DNA of 64,000 nucleotides from Albugo candida (Eukaryota): NCBI GenBank assembly GCA_040437565.1, contig JBDOQK010000060.1, positions 62,001 to 126,000 of the forward strand, read 5' to 3'. Shown piece by piece: positions 58,771 to 64,000 of this stretch (position 1 is its first letter; each line of letters starts with the position of its first letter). The notes under the pieces were generated by a model. It saw only the letters and a program-made list of their open reading frames with translations, ran no database searches and was not told where the DNA came from. The position numbers and the translations under genes were made by a program.

Positions 58771-59805
58771 ATGAACATTTCCAACCTCAAAGAGTACGGT
58801 CTCGCTGCTCTTGGGGCATGGACAACGTATCTCCAATTTGTGTCCGGTGAGTACATGCAAATTGAAAACCTCGCAGAGCCGTTGGAATTTCAGCTTCAAT
58901 TGAATTTGAAGGTGGAGATATTGAAAACACCAGGAGTCTATATAATGGCGTTTGACTTATATGATTCGGATCGCAACAGAGAAAGTCTCCGTCGCTGCAT
59001 TTCTAGCACGAAATTTGAAGCAATTTTTATATCCGATCCCTTTAAGTATGAATTATACGAAGACGTAGGTGCGGAACAGATCTCTTACTATGAACCTGAA
59101 AAGAAGAATTATTATGAAGATGTCACCCGTGAATATACACCAGGATGTTGGAAATTGACTTATTCAAAACTAGATGAGCTGGTAAATGATGGAATGCTCA
59201 CATATTCAAAAGAAAAAGGGTATGGACTCAATCCTGGAAAGTTTTTAGATTTGGCTGAAGAAGGAGTCTACTCTTTCGCATCGAGGTCGCCAAGTCTCGT
59301 TTTCGAACCTATATATTCTGTAATACGTGAGATCGGACCCCTTATAGGCGACTTCAGACCGGGAAATCTGTTATGCAAGGAAATAACATATGGCAATTTA
59401 CTATTCAAAAATCAAAATATCGCTATTGGTTTCGGTAACAATCAGGTGAGTGTTCCAAGAAAAGTGTATGATGAGATTAAGGAACAGAATGAGAAAAAGC
59501 TCCGTTCCGATTCTCTTAAAAATAGATTATATATCGGAAAAATAGCGCTTGGGGCAGAATCAGGGAACAGCAAAGAGAAATTTAAATATGATATGGGCGA
59601 ATGTCCCCATCTCATTTCTTTTTCGGAGCTCATTCCAAATGACGAGTCAAAGTGGGTTCTTGGACTTGAATTATTGGGCAATCATAATATCAATGTCAAG
59701 ATCCAACGTGAAACCAAAACGTACCAAATCCTTTTTCCTCAAAAGAAACGAAATCGAGCGAGCACTTCATCTAAATCTAAAATTGATACATATCTGACAT
59801 ATTAA
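58771..59805 (+). CDS. Secreted candidate effector of the unnamed family (module D), 344 aa, intronless
   Basis: MNISNLKEYGLAALGAWTTYLQFVSG signal-like N-terminus, YTPGCWKL, FLDLAEEGVYSFA, YGNLLFKNQNIAIGFG, WVLGLELLGNH. Confidence 0.82.
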   Translation: MNISNLKEYGLAALGAWTTYLQFVSGEYMQIENLAEPLEFQLQLNLKVEILKTPGVYIMAFDLYDSDRNRESLRRCISSTKFEAIFISDPFKYELYEDVGAEQISYYEPEKKNYYEDVTREYTPGCWKLTYSKLDELVNDGMLTYSKEKGYGLNPGKFLDLAEEGVYSFASRSPSLVFEPIYSVIREIGPLIGDFRPGNLLCKEITYGNLLFKNQNIAIGFGNNQVSVPRKVYDEIKEQNEKKLRSDSLKNRLYIGKIALGAESGNSKEKFKYDMGECPHLISFSELIPNDESKWVLGLELLGNHNINVKIQRETKTYQILFPQKKRNRASTSSKSKIDTYLTY

Positions 59806-61813
59806 CTCTTTTTCACTATGCAGCTCGTACGAAAGTCGTACCTATCCGAATTGTCTAGGATCATGAGATATATCGCTCTAAGACAAGATTAATGCTTAAT
59901 AAACATTTAGAATTTGCTTTCATGCGCAAAATTTTGTACAATGGCCTTACATGCAGAAAATTACGTGCGAGGAACAAGAACAAGAGAAAAGGAAGCTTGT
60001 TTGCTTGGAAAATAAATTGGATCGATGCAAAAGCTCATGAATGGACGATCGTTGTGAAGGAAGTGTCTTTTGTGAAGTCCCCAAGACACTTACTGACGGC
60101 CATAAACCCCAACATGCTGTATGCGCATGATAGCGCAGCCTTCTCGATAACAGAATACTCGTATGGAACTTGTGCGCTTCAAGTTCGCGTGCAAATTGCT
60201 GAAAGCGTAAGATCACAGTCGTCTGCATCATGAAGGATCCTTGATGCAAAGCTCGTCGTTGTGCATGTTCTTTGGCATGGCACGCTGAAATAACGGAATA
60301 AATAGATCACTTCCAACGTCTCGAAACAATCGACCTTGTTCTGGCAACGAGCGACACCAATCAGTCCATATTTCAACACAAAATGAAGATGCAACAGAGT
60401 TCAATCTGGAAATGGCATCGAGCAGTTTCTCACTGTTCGGGTGACTCAAGCAACCAAGTACATTTGGATCTGAAGCGAGACGCTGGCTAAGCAAATTACA
60501 AATTGATACCCAAATCAGCCTAAGAAGTTTGATGCCATTTCGCCAAACGTGTTGTGAACTGGCGACTGGGTAACTACAAAACAATTGTACTTGTCTGACA
60601 CGAGACGAGCTGATCGGTTTTTGTATGATCTCATTCATAATTGAGGCGTCATTTGGACGATGTAATACAGCAGTGAAGTCGATTCAAACACGTGGGACGC
60701 ATCACCTTTGCTGTCGAGATTGTACCAAAATCTTTCTTGTTGTACAATCAGAAGACCCATTCGTACATTTTTGTTCGTCTATCCCTTGACCAGCTTTGTT
60801 GTAGTAGTCGCACGCTTCCTGTTTTGATTTCCATACGATCTCGCAGCGAAAAATCAATAGTGTCAACTCTGTGCAGCGTGTCGAGTCTTTAGGATGTGAC
60901 TATGACTACGCACAATGTAGAAATTTCCTACTCCGGTTGCATTTTACTATCGATACACCATCCTAGAGACCGCCATAACTGATATCGACCTCACTTGGTA
61001 TTTCTAGACGAACGACTCTGACCAATCGCAGAAGTTCCATCAAGCTTTTGAAGCTCGTTATCATGACAAGAAACCCCGGAATGGCTTTACCATCTCCTTT
61101 ATTCGTATAAGATAGTTGCGAAGCATGAAGTCGATGTGACCACATGCAGGTTCCAAGCATCCCTCATTTATCGCCTGATACACACCACTTTGGTATATAA
61201 CATCCGATAGTTTCTTTTCACGGTAAAAGCGTCATGTAGCAGGTATTCCGACTATTTTCATCTCGTCATTGATACTCTATTGCATCCATTGCTGGCATGA
61301 GATCGCACCTAGTGAGCGACTTATCGAGAAGCGGTATGCGTGTTGAATGGTTACGGTACTCATCGAGGTTCTCATTATTGCATCCTTGCACTAACCAAAA
61401 ACGTGTGGCACATGCTATTTTAGGACCTGGTATAAATAATATGGCAGTATCGGGACGAAACAAAAAGAAGCGCTGTTCGGAAACTCTTGGACCAGATTGG
61501 AACAGAACGGAGCATGTAACCCGCGCGGTACGCGCGGTAGGGCAGGATAGGTTTCAAGTCTGAAAATAAAGTTTTATTTCTTCTAGAAATGCGCTCTATC
61601 CATGTTACTGGTCAATAACACCTGTCCGCTCCACCCCTACTGGATAAAACCATCTAGTATACGGCAGAGAGCACTATCGGGTTAGGGCCAATAGAATTCG
61701 TGTCACACGTACCCTTTACCCTCGCTTTTTTGTCCATTGTAATAGCCTTTTCCGCCACAAATACACGAATAAATACAAGCCGCTTAGGTCTTGTATACAT
61801 TTACACAAGCAAG

Positions 61814-64000
61814 ATGGAAAAAGGTGTAAACGTTTGGTTGCGTGACGACCAAGAGGATGCATGGTATCGCGCCGTAGTTGTCGAATTATCCGACTCATCG
61901 TCACGCGAATGTCAAGTTCGATTACGTGTCCATGAAGGGCCTCGAGCACGCACGGAGACGACTCTATCACTCGATATTCAGGCTTTGGAAAATGAAGAAC
62001 TGACTACTCTGTTGCTGGCTAATAATCACGACATGGATTTTGTGGAAGACCTCATTCAACTTCCTCATCTCCATGAACCGGGAATTTGTCACGCTCTACA
62101 GAAACGGTTTGAGATCAATGAGATATACACATTCACAGGTGAGATATTACTTGCCATCAACCCGTTCCAAAATGTCGGCATTTACTCTGAAAAAATACGT
62201 CGAAAATACATTCGAAATGGCGAAAAGCGCGCCTCCGGAGCTGATGTACCGGATATGCCTCCACATGTGTTTAGTATCGCTGACAAAGCGTATCGCAATG
62301 TGTGTGCTCCAACGTTTGGTAAAGAGGGACTTGGCACAGAAAGTCAATCGATTCTCGTGAGTGGGGAGTCTGGTGCTGGAAAAACGGAATCAACGAAATT
62401 TATCATGGAGTATTTGGCCACATTATCCAAATCTCAAAAGGGAAAGATGACCGAACAGGAGACCAGTGTCATCGAGAAGATTCTGTCCTCAAACCCGATC
62501 TTGGAAGCATTTGGGAATGCTCGTACCATCCGAAATGATAACAGTTCGAGATTTGGAAAATTCATCAAGCTTCATTTCTCTGGCGCTGGCCAACTTATCG
62601 GTGCATCGATCCAGACGTATCTTTTGGAGAAGGTTCGTCTGGCATATCAAGCAGAAACTGAACGCAATTATCACATTTTCTATGAGCTGCTGGCTGGAGC
62701 CAGTGCCGAAGATAAGAAGCGTTGGTTTCTTCCATCCAAAACGAGTGAATTGCATTACTTGAATCAAAGTACTTGCACCAAACGGAGGGATGGAATTGAC
62801 GATAAAACACAGTTTAACAATCTTAAAGCAGCAATGGACGTGATGGGCTTTTTACCGACTGAAATTGACGCTATATTTGGGACAATCGCCATGCTACTGC
62901 ATCTGGGGAATCTGACATTTGATGAAGTCGTGAATGAGGAGTCTGGAATGGAAGGGTCCAAGATTCATGCGGACACAAAATCATTGCAATATGTATCCAA
63001 TTATTTCGAAGTCGATCGATTGGGATTGGAACAAGTGCTCTGTTTCCGTAAAATCCAAGCTAAAGATGAAACATATGTGATCAATCAGAGCGTGGAAGAC
63101 GCCGGAAACACACGAGACGCAATGGCACGATATATATACGGTCAGCTGTTTGACTGGCTCGTGGATCGCATCAACCGACGAGTAGAGTGTGAATCTGAAA
63201 CGGAAAAGCTTTTCATCGGCTTGCTGGATATTTTTGGATTCGAAGATTTGAGCCATAATTCTTTCGAGCAGCTTTGTATCAATTATGCTAATGAAAGACT
63301 CCAGCAACACTTTAATCGAACCGTTTTACGGCTTGAACAAGAAATGTATGAACGAGAAGCGATTGAATGGAGCTTTATCAACTTTCCTGACAACAGCGCG
63401 TGCATAGATCTCATTCAAGCGAAACCATGCGGTATTTTGAATATTTTGGATGAGGAATGTATAGTCCCCCAAGGAAATGATCAAAACTTTGCACGGAAAT
63501 TGTATCGTCAGCATGGTGAACAGCCTCATTTCACTGCCGATAATACCCACCAAGCCAGCCACTTATTTGTTATTCATCATTACGCAGCTCAAGTGGTATA
63601 TGATACATTTGGTTTTTGTGACAAGAACAAAGATGTGCTCTGCTCGGAACTCATCAATTTCATCAAGCGATCCACGAAGCCCTTTGTTGCAAGTTTGGTG
63701 ACAGTTTCCAATCGGAATAGAAATTTGGTTACCGCAAGAAGCAGAGGGATGCAGGATTCACGTCAAGCGGGTACCAATGGAATTGGGACAAATCGGTGTA
63801 GTTTAGGGACCCAATTTCGTAATCAGTTAAAAGAGCTGCTTGATACAATTGGAGCCACCAGCTGCCATTATGTGCGATGTCTCAAGCCAAACGACACCGC
63901 AACACCTTCCAAGTTCATTGCCAGACGTGTTTGCGATCAGCTACGTGCCGGAGGTGTGCTTGAAGCTGTTCGTGTGAATCGAGCCGGCTACCCTGTTCGA
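61814..64000 (+). CDS. Myosin heavy chain motor domain (continues beyond the window)
   Basis: ATG at 61814 (MEKGVNVW), DLIQLPHLHEP, IYTFTGEILLAINPF, P-loop GESGAGKT, LEAFGNARTIRNDNSSRFGKF, LLDIFGFE, FEQLCINYANERLQ, YVRCLKPN. Confidence 0.96.
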   Translation, partial: MEKGVNVWLRDDQEDAWYRAVVVELSDSSSRECQVRLRVHEGPRARTETTLSLDIQALENEELTTLLLANNHDMDFVEDLIQLPHLHEPGICHALQKRFEINEIYTFTGEILLAINPFQNVGIYSEKIRRKYIRNGEKRASGADVPDMPPHVFSIADKAYRNVCAPTFGKEGLGTESQSILVSGESGAGKTESTKFIMEYLATLSKSQKGKMTEQETSVIEKILSSNPILEAFGNARTIRNDNSSRFGKFIKLHFSGAGQLIGASIQTYLLEKVRLAYQAETERNYHIFYELLAGASAEDKKRWFLPSKTSELHYLNQSTCTKRRDGIDDKTQFNNLKAAMDVMGFLPTEIDAIFGTIAMLLHLGNLTFDEVVNEESGMEGSKIHADTKSLQYVSNYFEVDRLGLEQVLCFRKIQAKDETYVINQSVEDAGNTRDAMARYIYGQLFDWLVDRINRRVECESETEKLFIGLLDIFGFEDLSHNSFEQLCINYANERLQQHFNRTVLRLEQEMYEREAIEWSFINFPDNSACIDLIQAKPCGILNILDEECIVPQGNDQNFARKLYRQHGEQPHFTADNTHQASHLFVIHHYAAQVVYDTFGFCDKNKDVLCSELINFIKRSTKPFVASLVTVSNRNRNLVTARSRGMQDSRQAGTNGIGTNRCSLGTQFRNQLKELLDTIGATSCHYVRCLKPNDTATPSKFIARRVCDQLRAGGVLEAVRVNRAGYPVR

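Noticed and set aside
59900-60250. Spacer derived from the RAD16 5' region next to the intact glucosidase
   Set aside because: Only short patchy matches to ~49530-49590 with inconsistent spacing, which cannot be supported without an alignment.

Overview
Eukaryotic scaffold that looks like an oomycete, most likely Albugo-like. This is inferred from the compact gene spacing, 45-60 nt GT-AG introns, oomycete-style domain fusions and moderate GC. It contains ten 100-N gaps. A housekeeping core encodes a MYB factor, a multi-KH protein, a TopoVIB-like protein, QPRT, mitochondrial L3, PH-B56, PP2C, ALG1, RAD16, GH31 glucosidase II and myosin. The core is interleaved with four copies (A ~4.2-9.0 kb, B ~9.0-14.3 kb, C ~32.1-38.6 kb, D ~57.4-61.0 kb inverted) of a module made of a decayed glucosidase II fragment, a degenerate spacer and an unnamed secreted-protein gene. 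In B, C and D the gene also has a conserved ~1.3 kb upstream region. In that family the upstream DNA and signal peptide are strongly conserved, the mature protein is hypervariable, and the ancestral C-terminus appears to be a CaaX box (CVIC). The most striking small feature is a tRNA-like element with a truncated anticodon arm. Its discriminator base sits directly against a genomically encoded G-1 of a tRNA-His(GUG) gene, which suggests RNase Z-based, Thg1-independent 5' maturation. An exact 66-nt overlap between two gap edges suggests that 4245-54926 is inverted in this assembly or is a real inversion. All homology and identity statements were made by eye, and no searches were run.
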